DNA of 64,000 nucleotides from Nitrospirota bacterium (GTDB lineage Bacteria; Nitrospirota; UBA9217), in contig CAWIYV010000010.1 of assembly GCA_963840455.1 (NCBI GenBank), positions 256,001 to 320,000 on the forward strand, given 5' to 3'. Positions 29,541 through 40,004 of the stretch are shown here, piece by piece. Position 1 is the stretch's first letter. Every line of letters starts with the position of its first letter. The notes below the pieces were generated by a model. That model was not told where the DNA came from and made no database searches. It saw only the letters and a program-made list of their open reading frames with translations. Both the position numbers and the translations under genes were made by a program.

Positions 29541-29745
29541 TTAGAACACGCCCTTCACCTTGCCCGTTTCCACGTCAACATCCACGCGGCGGTAGGCCGG
29601 GTCGGACGAGGTCCCCGGCATGAGGGTGATCGTGCCGGCAACGGGTACCACGAAGCCCGCGCCCTTGTAGATCAGGATCGGCCTCCAGATTCTTGACCTT
29701 TGCCTCGGGCATGTGATCCATGCCGTCCGCGCCATGGGCCTCTTG
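29541..29745 (-). pseudogene. fhs: remnant of a second fhs 3' end with internal deletion
   Basis: [15 protein letters not shown] joined out of frame to [25 protein letters not shown]. Confidence 0.8.
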
Positions 29746-29751
29746 AACTTC

Positions 29752-31515
29752 TTAAAACAACCCCGAGACCTTGCCGGTGTTCACATCCACGTCCACACGG
29801 CGATAGGCCGGGTCTGATGCCGTGCCAGGCATGAGACTGATCGTCCCCGCACAGGGGCAGAGGAACTTGGCGCCGGAGTAGATCAGGACATCTCTGATGG
29901 GCAGCGTCCAGCCCTTGGGCACTCCCTTGAGCGTCGGATCGTGGGTCAGGCTCAGGTGGGTCTTGACCATCATGGTGGCGAAGTCAGCGTACTTGGGATC
30001 GCTTTCCAGCATCTTGGCCTTGGCTTCCGCATCAGGCAGCCAGGAAACACCATCCGCACCGTAAACTTCCTTGGCGATTATCGCTACTCTATCGCGCAGC
30101 TTCATCTCAAGCGGATAGAGGAACTTGAAGTCGTTCTTCTCGTTGCAGGCATCGATGACCGCGTCAGCCAGTTCCAAAGCCCCGTCGCCGCCCTTGAGCC
30201 AGTGCTGGGACTCGGCGCAGCGCGCACCGGCTGCTTCGGCGGCCTTTTTGACCGCGGCAACTTCGGCATTGGTATCGGTATAAAAACGGTTGATGCAGAC
30301 CACCGGGTTTATGCCGGACTTGCGGATGACATTGATCATGTGAACCATGTTGGCGCAGCCCTTTTCAACGAGGCCCACATTCTCCTTGGTGTACTCTTCA
30401 GGAATCGGCTTTCCGGCCACGACTTTGGGTCCGCCGCCGTGCATCTTCAGCGCGCGGACGGTGGTGGTAAGCACGGAAACGTGCGGCTTCAACCCGCTGT
30501 TGCGGCACTTGACGTTCCAGAACTTTTCGAACCCGATGTCGGCCGCAAAACCGGACTCGGTCACATGGTAGTCGAACAGCTTCAGGCCGACACGGTCGGC
30601 GATAATGGACGACTGGCCCACGGCTATATTGGCAAAAGGCCCGGCATGCACGAGGCAGGGGTTGTATTCCGCTGTGCACATAAGCGTAGGATTGATGGTG
30701 TTGCGCATGAAAGCGGCCATGGCATTGCCGACCTCCAGATCACCGGTGGTGACCGGTTTGCCGCTTTTATCGAAGGCAACCGTGATATTGTTCAGGCGTT
30801 CTTTCAGGTCCGCGAGGTCCTTGGCAATGGACAGGATAGCCATGCACTCTGAACCGACGGCGATGCCGAACTTGGACTGCATCATGAATCCATCCGTTCT
30901 GCCGCCGATGCCGATGATGATATTGCGGAGGCTCTGGGCGCAGAAGTCTATGATCCACCCCATCTCCACGCGGGTGGGATCGATGTCGAGCCTTCTCATC
31001 CTGGTGAGCCTCTTGAGCTGCTCATCGTTGTAATTACGCTCATGCTGCATACGGGAGGTCATCGCAACCATGGCCAGGTTGTGGGCGTTCATGATATCGT
31101 TGATGTCGCCGGTAAGTCCCAGCGAGAACTCGGTCATGGGGATCAGCAAAGAGTTTCCGCCGCCCGCGGCCGTCCCCTTCACGTTCATGGTGGGGCCGCC
31201 TGAAGGCTGACGCAGTGCGCCGCCGACGTTCTTGCCCCGCTTGCCAAGGCCCTCCATCAGACCGCACGAGGTCGTGCTTTTGCCTTCGCCCAGGGGGGTC
31301 GGGGTGATGGCCGTCACCTCGATATACTTGCCGTCGGGCTTGTTCTTGAGACGGTTATGGACCTTCAGGAAGTCGATCTTGGACAGGCGGCCCATGGGCA
31401 GCATCTCGTCTTTCTGCAGACCCAGTTTTTCGCGCCAAGCCTCGGGTGTCGGCATGTTCTTTTCCGCTTCCTCGGAAATCTGCCAGTCAGCCAACTTCGT
31501 TGCATCAAATGACAT
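29752..31515 (-). CDS. fhs: formate--tetrahydrofolate ligase
   Basis: [45 protein letters not shown]. Confidence 0.96.
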   Translation of the reverse strand: MSFDATKLADWQISEEAEKNMPTPEAWREKLGLQKDEMLPMGRLSKIDFLKVHNRLKNKPDGKYIEVTAITPTPLGEGKSTTSCGLMEGLGKRGKNVGGALRQPSGGPTMNVKGTAAGGGNSLLIPMTEFSLGLTGDINDIMNAHNLAMVAMTSRMQHERNYNDEQLKRLTRMRRLDIDPTRVEMGWIIDFCAQSLRNIIIGIGGRTDGFMMQSKFGIAVGSECMAILSIAKDLADLKERLNNITVAFDKSGKPVTTGDLEVGNAMAAFMRNTINPTLMCTAEYNPCLVHAGPFANIAVGQSSIIADRVGLKLFDYHVTESGFAADIGFEKFWNVKCRNSGLKPHVSVLTTTVRALKMHGGGPKVVAGKPIPEEYTKENVGLVEKGCANMVHMINVIRKSGINPVVCINRFYTDTNAEVAAVKKAAEAAGARCAESQHWLKGGDGALELADAVIDACNEKNDFKFLYPLEMKLRDRVAIIAKEVYGADGVSWLPDAEAKAKMLESDPKYADFATMMVKTHLSLTHDPTLKGVPKGWTLPIRDVLIYSGAKFLCPCAGTISLMPGTASDPAYRRVDVDVNTGKVSGLF

Positions 31516-31644
31516 AGTAATCTCTCCTTTCCTGCTTTAAAATTTGCGAGCCCCTTGCGGCTCGATTTAAATGCTGTCTCTGAGACCCAATACTATGAAT
31601 CGGAGAATCGGCGATGCATGCGAAACAAATCTCTGTTTCTCCGA

Positions 31645-31821
31645 TTGAAGCTCCCTGCAGCAAGCTGCAGGGAATCTTCGATCCTCAGGGTAGTTTTTAT
31701 TCAAACCGCTCGCTAAGCGCTCGCTCCTGGATTTAAGCTCCCTCCTGCAAGAGGCATGGAGCTTCGATCCTCAGGGTAGTGTTTATTCTAATCGCTCGCT
31801 AAGCGCTCGCTCCTGGATTCA
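31645..31821 (+). mobile_element. tandem dimer of shortened two-hairpin element (copy C)
   Basis: Two units joined at GGATTTAAGCTCC; second hairpin deleted. Confidence 0.75.
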
Positions 31822-31843
31822 TAACTATTTTTCTGAAAAAAAA

Positions 31844-32302
31844 TTAATAGCTGATCAGGGCCTTCATAAGCTTTTCGTTCATGGCGTGTACGTTCCTGCT
31901 CGCCATCCTGGCCATGGTCCTCATGATCTTGTACATCATGACCGGATGGGACCGCTCGAGCTCCTTGAAGTCATCGGTGGTGATGCGGTACAGCTCCGTG
32001 GTATCCAGGGCCGTGGTGTTCGTGCTGTGCGTCTTCCGGTCCTCGATCACGGACAGCTCACCGAAAAAGTGGAGCTCGGTGAGGACCGCCAGGGTCTGCT
32101 TCCATCCGTCAGGCGTCGTCTTCGAGATCTCCACCTTCCCCTTGCGGATCAGGCAGATCCCCCGGGTCGCTTCACCCTCCCGGAAGATCGCAGACCCTTT
32201 CGGATAACGCTCCACCTGGATCTTTTGCGCCACTAGAGCGAGTTCGGCGTCATCCAGGTCGCTGAGCAGCCTCTGCGGCTTGAGGTCCGGTATGCCTGTC
32301 AT
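31844..32302 (-). CDS. stand-alone cyclic-nucleotide-binding domain protein
   Basis: IFREGE, FFGELSVI; no HTH. Confidence 0.88.
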   Translation of the reverse strand: MTGIPDLKPQRLLSDLDDAELALVAQKIQVERYPKGSAIFREGEATRGICLIRKGKVEISKTTPDGWKQTLAVLTELHFFGELSVIEDRKTHSTNTTALDTTELYRITTDDFKELERSHPVMMYKIMRTMARMASRNVHAMNEKLMKALISY

Positions 32303-32315
32303 CTGGCCCTCCCTG

Positions 32316-32493
32316 TTGAAGCTCCTGCAACAAGCTGCAGGGATGCTTCGATCCTCAAAGTAGATTATTTATTCTAATCGCTCGCTAAGCGCTCGCTCCT
32401 GGATTTAAGCTCCCAACTGCAAGAGGCGTGGAGCTTCGATCCTCAGGGTAGTTTTTATTCTAATCACTCGCTAAGCGCTCGCTCCTGGATTCA
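32316..32493 (+). mobile_element. tandem dimer of shortened two-hairpin element (copy D)
   Basis: Same layout as copy C; last 3 nt form the fdh stop codon. Confidence 0.75.
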
Positions 32494-35166
32494 TGACTTT
32501 GCAATCTTAACGGCCGTTACCTTGAGCGAAGGGATCTTGCAGACCGGATCGAGGCCGCTGCTGCTCGTCAGGACGTTGGCCGCCGCTTCATGGAAATGGA
32601 AGGGGATGAACACCACGCCCCGTCCGGGCCTTCGGGAAACCCGTGCCTTGAGCGTCAGCGAACCGCGACGCGAGGTGACCGTGACCAACCCATCATGCTC
32701 GATGGAAAGCTGCTTCGCATCCTCGGGATGGATCTCCACGTACGGCTCATGGGCCACTTGTTCAAGAGGTGCCACGCGCCGTGTCATGCTTCCCCCATGA
32801 TACTGGAACAGCATCCGCCCCGTGGTGAGCGTAAACGGATACTCGGCATCGGGCTGTTCCGGCGAAGGTCTATAGTGTACCATAGAGAAGGCGGCTTTGC
32901 CACGGGGGAAACCGCCCTTGAACAGGTACGGCGTGCCCGGGTGGTCCGGCGTCGGGCAGGGCCACTGCAGCCCGCCTTCGTCGTCGAGCCGGGAATAGGA
33001 TATCCCGGCCATGGCCGGCCATGCCTTTCCGATCTCCTGGAACACTTCCTCGGTATGGTGGTACGTCATCGGATGGCCGAGCCTTCTGCTCAACTCCATG
33101 ACGATATGGGAATCCTTCATGGCGAGACCAGGCGCGTTCACCACCCTCCTCACCCGCTGGACCCGACGCTCGGTGTTCGTGAACGTTCCCACCTTCTCGG
33201 CGAACGACGTCGCCGGCAGTACTACATGCGCCAGCTCGGCAGTCTCGGTCAGGAAGATGTCCTGCACCATGAGGAAATCCAGTGTTCCGAGGGCCTTTCG
33301 CGTATGGGCCATGTCCGGGTCGGTGATGACCGGGTTCTCCCCCATGATATAGAGCGCCTTGAGCCTGCCCTCCAATGCAGCGTCGATCATCGCGTTCGCC
33401 ATCAGGCCTTCGCGTTCAGGCAGCTTCACACCCCACAGCTCCTCGAACCGCTCGCGGACCTGCGGGACCACGACGCGCTGGTACCCCGGGTACAGGTTCG
33501 GCGAGCAGCCCATGTCCGTGGAGCCCTGGACGTTGTTCTGGCCCCGCAGCGGGTTCACGCCCGAGGATTCCCTGCCCAGGTTCCCGGTCATGAGGGCAAG
33601 GTTCGCAATGGAGAGCACATTGTCCGTGCCATGGGAATGCTGGGTGATGCCCATGGTGTAGTAGATCCCGGCCTTCTTCGATCGGCCGTAAAGGCGTGCC
33701 GCTTCGATGATCTTCTCCTTCGGAACGCCGGTGATCCGCTCCGCCGACTCAGGCGTGTATCCTTCGAGGTTCTTCCGGAAGCCCTCATCGAACCCCTCGG
33801 TCCGGGCCTCAATGAACTCCCGGTCCACGAGCCCCTCGTTCACGATCACATGCATCATGCCGTTCAGGAGCGCGACGTCCGTTCCCGGCCGCTGCTGCAG
33901 CCAGAGATGGGCCTGCCGGACGAGCGGCACCCGGCGCGGGTCCGCGATGACCAGCTTCGCGCCCTTCCGCACTGCCTTGATCATGCGGAGCGCCACAATG
34001 GGGTGGTTCTCTTTCGTGTTCGAGCCGATGACGAAGAGCACGTCGTTGTTCTCGATCTCGGCAAGGGAGTTCGTCATCGCCCCGGATCCGAACACAGTGG
34101 CCAGACCGGCCACCGTAGCGCTGTGTCAATAGCGCGCGCAGTGGTCCACGTTGTTCGTGCCGATGGCCGCGCGCATGAACTTCTGGAAGAGATAGTTCTC
34201 CTCGTTAGTGCAGCGTGCCGAGGCGAGGCCCGCAATTGCGTCGGGCCCCTCCAGATCCCGGATCCGCCTCAGCTGATGCGCCGCGTACGTGAAAGCCTCG
34301 TCCCAGGAGGCCTCTACGAGGGCCCCGTTCTTCCTGATCAGCGGGGTCTTCAGACGGTCCGGGCTGTTGACAAAGGAGAATCCGAACCTGCCCTTGGCGC
34401 AGAGCCAGCCCTCATTGATCGTGTCCTGCTGCGACGAGGCGCGGATCACTTCGTTCTTGCTGACATGCAGGGTGAGGTTGCAGCCGCACCCGCAGTAAGG
34501 GCAGACCGTCTCGACGCTCCTGATGTCCCGCTGCCGCCCCTTTCCCAGGGACGGCTTGCTGACCAGGGCGCCCGTCGGACACACGGTGATGCACTGGCCG
34601 CAGAACTCGCAGGAGAGGTCACGCTCAAAGGGCGGGCAGATCTTGGTCGCAAATCCCTTGTACGCGTAGTCGATGGCGCCCACGCCCTGCACCTCGTCGC
34701 AGACCTTTACGCACCGGCCGCAGAGGATGCACTTCTCCATGTCGCGCTCGACGAACGGGTTCCCGTCGCGCGTGGGATAGATCCGCCGTTCGCCGTGGAA
34801 CACCGGGGTCCGGATCTGGTACTTGTACGCCAGTTCCTGAAGCTCACACTCGCCGGCCCGTTCGCAGACCATGCAGTCGTACGGATGGTCGGAAAGAATG
34901 AGGTCGATGATGTCCCGCCGGAGGCCCTCGATATAGGGCGACGCCGTGGTCACCTCCATGCCGTTCTCCACGCGCGTGGTGCACGACGTCACCGGCTGCC
35001 CTCCTATCTCGACGATGCAGACACGGCAGGCGCCGGTGACCGAGAGCTTCGGATGGTGGCACAGGACGGGGATGGTGATGCCCAGCTTCTGGGCCGCCGC
35101 GAGAACGGTCGTGCCCGCGGGAACGGTGACCGGCATGCCGTCTATGTTGAGCGTGATATCACCCAT
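32491..35166 (-). CDS. fdhF: selenocysteine-containing formate dehydrogenase alpha subunit with N-terminal Fe-S domains
   Basis: NNVDHCARY-UGA(34126-34128)-HSATVAGL in frame; CPYCGCGC; PLRGQNNVQG. Confidence 0.93.
34094..34116 (-). promoter_or_regulatory. bacterial SECIS hairpin of fdh
   Basis: ACGGUGGCC-GGUCU-GGCCACUGU just 3' of the UGA. Confidence 0.85.
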
Positions 35167-35168
35167 GG

Positions 35169-36932
35169 TCACTGTTTCCTGATCGCCTTGAACTTGCACG
35201 CACGGAAGCACGCGCCGCACTTGATGCAGCGGTCGGGATCGATGACGTGCACTTTTTTTGGCTCGCCTGAGATGGCCTTCGTCGGACAAACGCGCTTGCA
35301 GATGCCGCAGGCCTTGCAGCGCTCCTCGCTGACCGAGAAGGTAATGAGGGCCGTGCAGACACCGGCCGGACACTTCCGGTCCCGGATGTGCGCCAGGTAT
35401 TCGTCCCGGAAGTGGTTGAAGCTCGTGATGAACGGGTTCGGCGCCGTCCTGCCGAGGCCGCAGAGCGAGGTGGAGGCCATGACCCCCGAGAGCCGCTCAA
35501 GCGTCCTCAGGTCCTCGTCCTCGCCCTTCCCTTCCGTGATCCTTGTGAGGAGCTCCGACATCCGCTTCGTGCCGATGCGGCACGGCGTGCACTTGCCGCA
35601 CGATTCGCGCTGCAGGAACTCCAGATAGAACTTCGCTACCGACACGATACAGTCGTCCTCGTCGAAGACGACCATGCCGCCCGACCCTACGATGCTGCCG
35701 ACCTTCGCCAGGTTCTCATAGTCCAGGCCCAGGTCGATCATCGACGGCGGGATGATGCCGCCTGACGGCCCCCCGACCTGGATGGCCTTGAGCGCTTTGT
35801 CCCCCTCAATGCCACCGCCGATGCCGTATACGATATCGCGGAAGGACATCCCCATGGGGATCTCCACCAGGCCGTTGTTCCGCACCTTGCCCGAGAGGGT
35901 GAAGACCTTGGTGCCCTTGCTCGCCCCGGTCCCGATGGACGAGTACCACTCCCCGCCCTTGCCGATGATGATCGGTATATTCGAGAAGGTCTCGGCGTTG
36001 TTGATGACCGTCGGTTTTCCCCAGAGCCCCTGGACAGCGGGGAACGGCGGACGCACCCGCGGCATGGCCCGCTTGCCTTCGATGGACTCCATGAGCGCGG
36101 TCTCTTCGCCGCAGATGAACGCCTCGGTCCCGAAGCTGAACTCAATATCGAAATCGAAGCCGGTCCCGAAGACGTTGGGCCCGATGAACCCCTTTTCCCG
36201 CGCCTGCTCGATGGCTATCCGGAGCCGCTCCACCGACATATGATACCGCTCCCGGATGTAGACGAAACCCTTCGATGCGCAGATCGCATAGCCGCCGATG
36301 AGCAGGCCCTCGATGATGGCGTGAGGATTGCCCTCGGCGAGCGGGCGGTTCACCTCGCCCACGTTGCAGATGATGTACTTCGGGTGCGCCTCTTCACGCC
36401 GGCAGACCTTCCACTTCTCGCCGGTGAGGAAGCCGCTCCCGCCCCTGCCGCGCAGCCCCGACCGTACCACCTCGTCGATCACGTCGTCGGGGGTCATGCG
36501 GGTCATCGCCTTCCTCGCGGCAAGGTAGCCCTGCATGGCGATGTACTCGTCGATGTTCTCCGGATCGATCTCGCCGCAGGGGCCGAGGACGATCTTGTAC
36601 TGCTTCTCGTTGAACGACGCGTATTCTTCGCTGACCGTCCATTCAGCGATCGGCAGGCCGCCCACGATGTGGTCCTGGACGATGCGCTCGACCATGATCG
36701 GCGTCACCGACTGGTAGGTCGTTTTGTTCCCGTCCACGACAACATCGACCAGCACGTCCTTGGAGCAGAAACCGCGGCACCCGACCTTCTTCGGGGAGCA
36801 GCGGTGGCCGATCTGTGCCTCGATGCCCTTCTCGGAGATGTGGTGCTTGAACATCCCCAGCACCTCTTCGCCGCCGGCAGCGCTTCCCGAGGTGCCGAGA
36901 CAGACCTTTATTTCAACAGGCAGATTGCTCAT
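35169..36932 (-). CDS. NuoF/HydB-like flavin Fe-S subunit
   Basis: GLRGRGGSGF, ICGEETAL, ESCGKCTPCR, C-terminal 2x[4Fe-4S]. Confidence 0.9.
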   Translation of the reverse strand: MSNLPVEIKVCLGTSGSAAGGEEVLGMFKHHISEKGIEAQIGHRCSPKKVGCRGFCSKDVLVDVVVDGNKTTYQSVTPIMVERIVQDHIVGGLPIAEWTVSEEYASFNEKQYKIVLGPCGEIDPENIDEYIAMQGYLAARKAMTRMTPDDVIDEVVRSGLRGRGGSGFLTGEKWKVCRREEAHPKYIICNVGEVNRPLAEGNPHAIIEGLLIGGYAICASKGFVYIRERYHMSVERLRIAIEQAREKGFIGPNVFGTGFDFDIEFSFGTEAFICGEETALMESIEGKRAMPRVRPPFPAVQGLWGKPTVINNAETFSNIPIIIGKGGEWYSSIGTGASKGTKVFTLSGKVRNNGLVEIPMGMSFRDIVYGIGGGIEGDKALKAIQVGGPSGGIIPPSMIDLGLDYENLAKVGSIVGSGGMVVFDEDDCIVSVAKFYLEFLQRESCGKCTPCRIGTKRMSELLTRITEGKGEDEDLRTLERLSGVMASTSLCGLGRTAPNPFITSFNHFRDEYLAHIRDRKCPAGVCTALITFSVSEERCKACGICKRVCPTKAISGEPKKVHVIDPDRCIKCGACFRACKFKAIRKQ

Positions 36933-36950
36933 TGCTGTGGTCGCGACCGG

Positions 36951-37427
36951 CTACAAATAGCCGAGGAACTCCTCGCGTTCGTATCCCTTGATCAATTTGG
37001 TGACCTTGACCGGGTCCATGCTGCTGTGCACCTGCTTGTTCAGGATCACGACCGGCGCGATGTTGCACGCCCCGATGCAGGTGGCCTTCTGCAGGGTGAA
37101 GCTGAGGTCCTTCGTCGTATCCTCGTCGCCGGAAAGCCCCAGGGCCTCGCGCGCTGAGTCGATGAGCTTGTCCGCGCCCTTGATGTGGCACGCGGCGCCG
37201 CAGCACACGGTGAGCGTGTTCTTTCCGACCGGCCGGGTCCGGAACTTCGGGTAGAAGGTGATGACGCCGAAGAACCTGCTCTCGGGGATGTCCAGCTGCC
37301 GGGAGAACCAGGACACATGGTCCTCGGAAATATGGCCGAAGGTGTCCTGGATCCTCTGCAGGAGGGCGATGAGGCTGCCTTTGTCCTTTCGGTGCTGGTC
37401 CAGTATTTTTGCGAGGACTTTTTCCAT
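36951..37427 (-). CDS. NuoE/HydC-like 2Fe-2S subunit
   Basis: VCCGAACHIKG, TCIGACNIAP. Confidence 0.9.
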   Translation of the reverse strand: MEKVLAKILDQHRKDKGSLIALLQRIQDTFGHISEDHVSWFSRQLDIPESRFFGVITFYPKFRTRPVGKNTLTVCCGAACHIKGADKLIDSAREALGLSGDEDTTKDLSFTLQKATCIGACNIAPVVILNKQVHSSMDPVKVTKLIKGYEREEFLGYL

Positions 37428-37573
37428 GGTCGTTCTCGTTGCGGGCCCGCCAAGGGCGGCCCCGCAACGATGCGGTGTGCAGACAAAACGAGCCGCCGGA
37501 AGATATTTCGGCGGCTCGCAGATATTCAGCGTAAAACGATGCGGAAGGATGGTGCTACGCCCGTTCTCCCCTG

Positions 37574-39775
37574 TTAGAACATGGGGTCCATGGTGAGCGC
37601 CGGGTGCTGCTTTTCCGCCAGGTACGCCATGAGCTTGTCCGAGTCCTCGGCAACGGTCTCATCGGCGATCCGGTCAATGAGATCGGGAACGCCCTCTTCC
37701 GTGGCGCGCTTCTTGAACTCCTCGGCGAACGACTCCTTCAGGTTCTTGGTCATCCAGACGATCCGCTTGAACCCGCCCTCGGCGGAGAGGAACTTCTTGC
37801 TCGTGAGGAAGAACCGTCCGATTCCCATAAAGCCCGGGGTCTGGGCGCCGCCGCCCACGGTGCCGGCGAGGGTGGAGAACTTCATGCCGATGGGTGTCAT
37901 GCCGGTGAAACCGCGGTTCACGATCATGACGCCGTTCGCTTCGGGAACGATGGCAACGATGCACTCGAAGCAACCGCAGGACGTCATGGGATTGTCCATG
38001 ATGGAGTAGGCGTTGAAGTATTCGAGCGCCTGGTGCGAGTTCTTGTAAACATACTCATCAACGCTCCTCCAGCGGCCTTTCTTCGCGTCGAGGACCTCGC
38101 CCTTCACGACTGGTTGGTTGGCGCCGTTGGGGTCGATCTCGTAAGCCGCCTTGGCGTCGAGCCAGTTGTATGCGCCGCACAAGCCGAGCCGCTCCGGCGA
38201 CACGATGCACACGTGGTTCGGCGCGAAGCTCTGGCAAAGGATGCAGGAGTAGAACGTGTCAACGGACTCGTCGGTCATGGAGGCGAGGCGCACGTCGCGT
38301 TCATGGTAGGCCTTCTGCGCCTCGGCATGCATCTTCTTGACATCGGCCTCGTCCACATACAGCGTTACCTGGCACTTGTCCACGATATTGTTGAACTTGT
38401 GCTTCAGCTGGGTGGTCAGAATGTCGCCGAAATGGCGCAGAACGTAGCCCTCGTTCAGGGCCGCCTTGCTGACGCGGAACCAGTTCTGGTCGCGCTGGCC
38501 CATGTGCCAGATGCCCTGCGCCTCGTTGACGAAGTGGTGGATCTTGCGCTCCAGCACCGGCTCGAAGTCCTTCTGCATCTTGCGGCCGGCAACGTCGATG
38601 ACGACGCCCAGCGGCATCATGCCGCCCTTCTTGTAGCGCTCCTCGGCGTCGGTGCCCACGATGGTCACCTTGCCGTCCTCCACCTTGTCCAGGTCCACCG
38701 TGCGGAGCCACTCGAAGGCCGGCGTGCGCTGCCCGCCCATCTCGATGTGCATGTCCTCCTTGCGAATGCGCTCGCCCTCGAACGCAGGGCCGAAGGCCAC
38801 CGGGATGGGAGGCTTCGAGACCGTGATCTTGAGGCCGCGCACCTCGATGCAACGCTCCACGATCTTCTTGGGATCGAGTTCCTTCTCGACCTCCTCGTAA
38901 ATGGTAACGCCGGTGGGATGGATGGTCGGGATGTCCGTGTTCGCGATTGCCGGGAAACCCATGTTGATGGCGCCGGCGCCGGTGGTCCAGATGCGGTCGT
39001 TCAGCGGACCGAGCACCATGGCGAAAGCGAAAACCTTGTCCTTGGAATACTTGAGGATCTTTTTGAAATCGCCGCCCTTCATGCCGCCGAAGGTGATGCC
39101 CGCCCGCGCCGCCCAGTTCAGGGCGTAAATGGCGTGCTCCACCTCGGGTCCGAGCGGGACGAGGCGGGTATCCCATCCGAGCTGGACGCCTTTTCGAAGA
39201 AGTTGCTTGGTCATGCTGTCGCCGTTCACGTTGCCGCACATCAGGGTGAGGATGTTCTTCTGCTGCAGGTCCCGGGCGATCTCGAAGGCATGATCATCGT
39301 CATTGGCCGCGCCGATGATGCAGACATATCCTGGCATGGAACCGTCCACGAGTTGTACGCCGAGGTTCCGGAGGATCGTGTCCGAAATGAAACCATTATA
39401 GGTGAGCCCGATGGAATCATCCTTCACTGGTTCCTGGCCATAGATGTACCGGATGGCCATGATCATCTCCTGGGCGAAGAGCGCGGCCATGCCTGCATCG
39501 AGGGCTTCGCCCAGATAGGGCTTGTACATGTGCTCGACCGGTGCATCGGTCAAGAGCGGCTTCACATTCTTTTCGAGCGCGGTCTTCATGTCGCCCACGG
39601 TCCTGACCTCGAACCCGGTCATGGCGAACATCTGGGGGAGGAAGTACCCCGTATCGGGGAACTCGAACTTGAAGTCCGCGCCCTTTTCGGAGATGGCCTT
39701 CTCGACAAGCGCTTCGGCCTGCTTCACATAGTAATGTGAACCCAGGATGGCACCAGTAGCAATCGCTTTTGACAT
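37574..39775 (-). CDS. acsB: acetyl-CoA synthase
   Basis: SCILCQSFAPNHVC, GLCGAY, TSCGCFEC A-cluster ligands; bacterial-type N-terminal domain. Confidence 0.96.
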   Translation of the reverse strand: MSKAIATGAILGSHYYVKQAEALVEKAISEKGADFKFEFPDTGYFLPQMFAMTGFEVRTVGDMKTALEKNVKPLLTDAPVEHMYKPYLGEALDAGMAALFAQEMIMAIRYIYGQEPVKDDSIGLTYNGFISDTILRNLGVQLVDGSMPGYVCIIGAANDDDHAFEIARDLQQKNILTLMCGNVNGDSMTKQLLRKGVQLGWDTRLVPLGPEVEHAIYALNWAARAGITFGGMKGGDFKKILKYSKDKVFAFAMVLGPLNDRIWTTGAGAINMGFPAIANTDIPTIHPTGVTIYEEVEKELDPKKIVERCIEVRGLKITVSKPPIPVAFGPAFEGERIRKEDMHIEMGGQRTPAFEWLRTVDLDKVEDGKVTIVGTDAEERYKKGGMMPLGVVIDVAGRKMQKDFEPVLERKIHHFVNEAQGIWHMGQRDQNWFRVSKAALNEGYVLRHFGDILTTQLKHKFNNIVDKCQVTLYVDEADVKKMHAEAQKAYHERDVRLASMTDESVDTFYSCILCQSFAPNHVCIVSPERLGLCGAYNWLDAKAAYEIDPNGANQPVVKGEVLDAKKGRWRSVDEYVYKNSHQALEYFNAYSIMDNPMTSCGCFECIVAIVPEANGVMIVNRGFTGMTPIGMKFSTLAGTVGGGAQTPGFMGIGRFFLTSKKFLSAEGGFKRIVWMTKNLKESFAEEFKKRATEEGVPDLIDRIADETVAEDSDKLMAYLAEKQHPALTMDPMF

Positions 39776-39832
39776 TGTTCTGCTCCTTATAATACAATTT
39801 TCACCGCGGAGATCGCGGAGTTCGCGGAGGAA

Positions 39833-39948
39833 TTGAAGCTCCCTGCAGCAAACTGCAGGGAATCTTCGATCCTCAGGGTAAGTATGTTTATCCTAATCGC
39901 TCGCTAACCCGCAGCAAGCTGCGGGGAATACGCTCGCTCCTGGATTCA
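39833..39948 (+). mobile_element. ~118-bp two-hairpin element, copy E, nested in a REP-like repeat
   Basis: Full copy flanked by CACCGCGGAGATCGCGGAG and CTGCGTCCTCTGCAGTAA arms. Confidence 0.75.
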
Positions 39949-40004
39949 TGAGCTGCTTCAGATTTTACTCAGCGCTCCCTGCGTCCTCTGCAGTAACTTT
40001 GTTC

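Noticed and set aside
31516-31644. ZTP or THF riboswitch upstream of fhs
   Set aside because: Only a simple hairpin; no aptamer consensus recognised.
31645-32493. Possible CRISPR array
   Set aside because: Units are ~90 bp with no unique spacers, copies are dispersed and no cas genes are present.
32590-35628. 1012-aa plus-strand ORF, and similar ones at 37604-39739, 4646-6064, 26768-27970, 39948-41210, 50906-52291
   Set aside because: Antisense shadows of well-supported minus-strand genes, expected with high-GC codon bias; no motifs.
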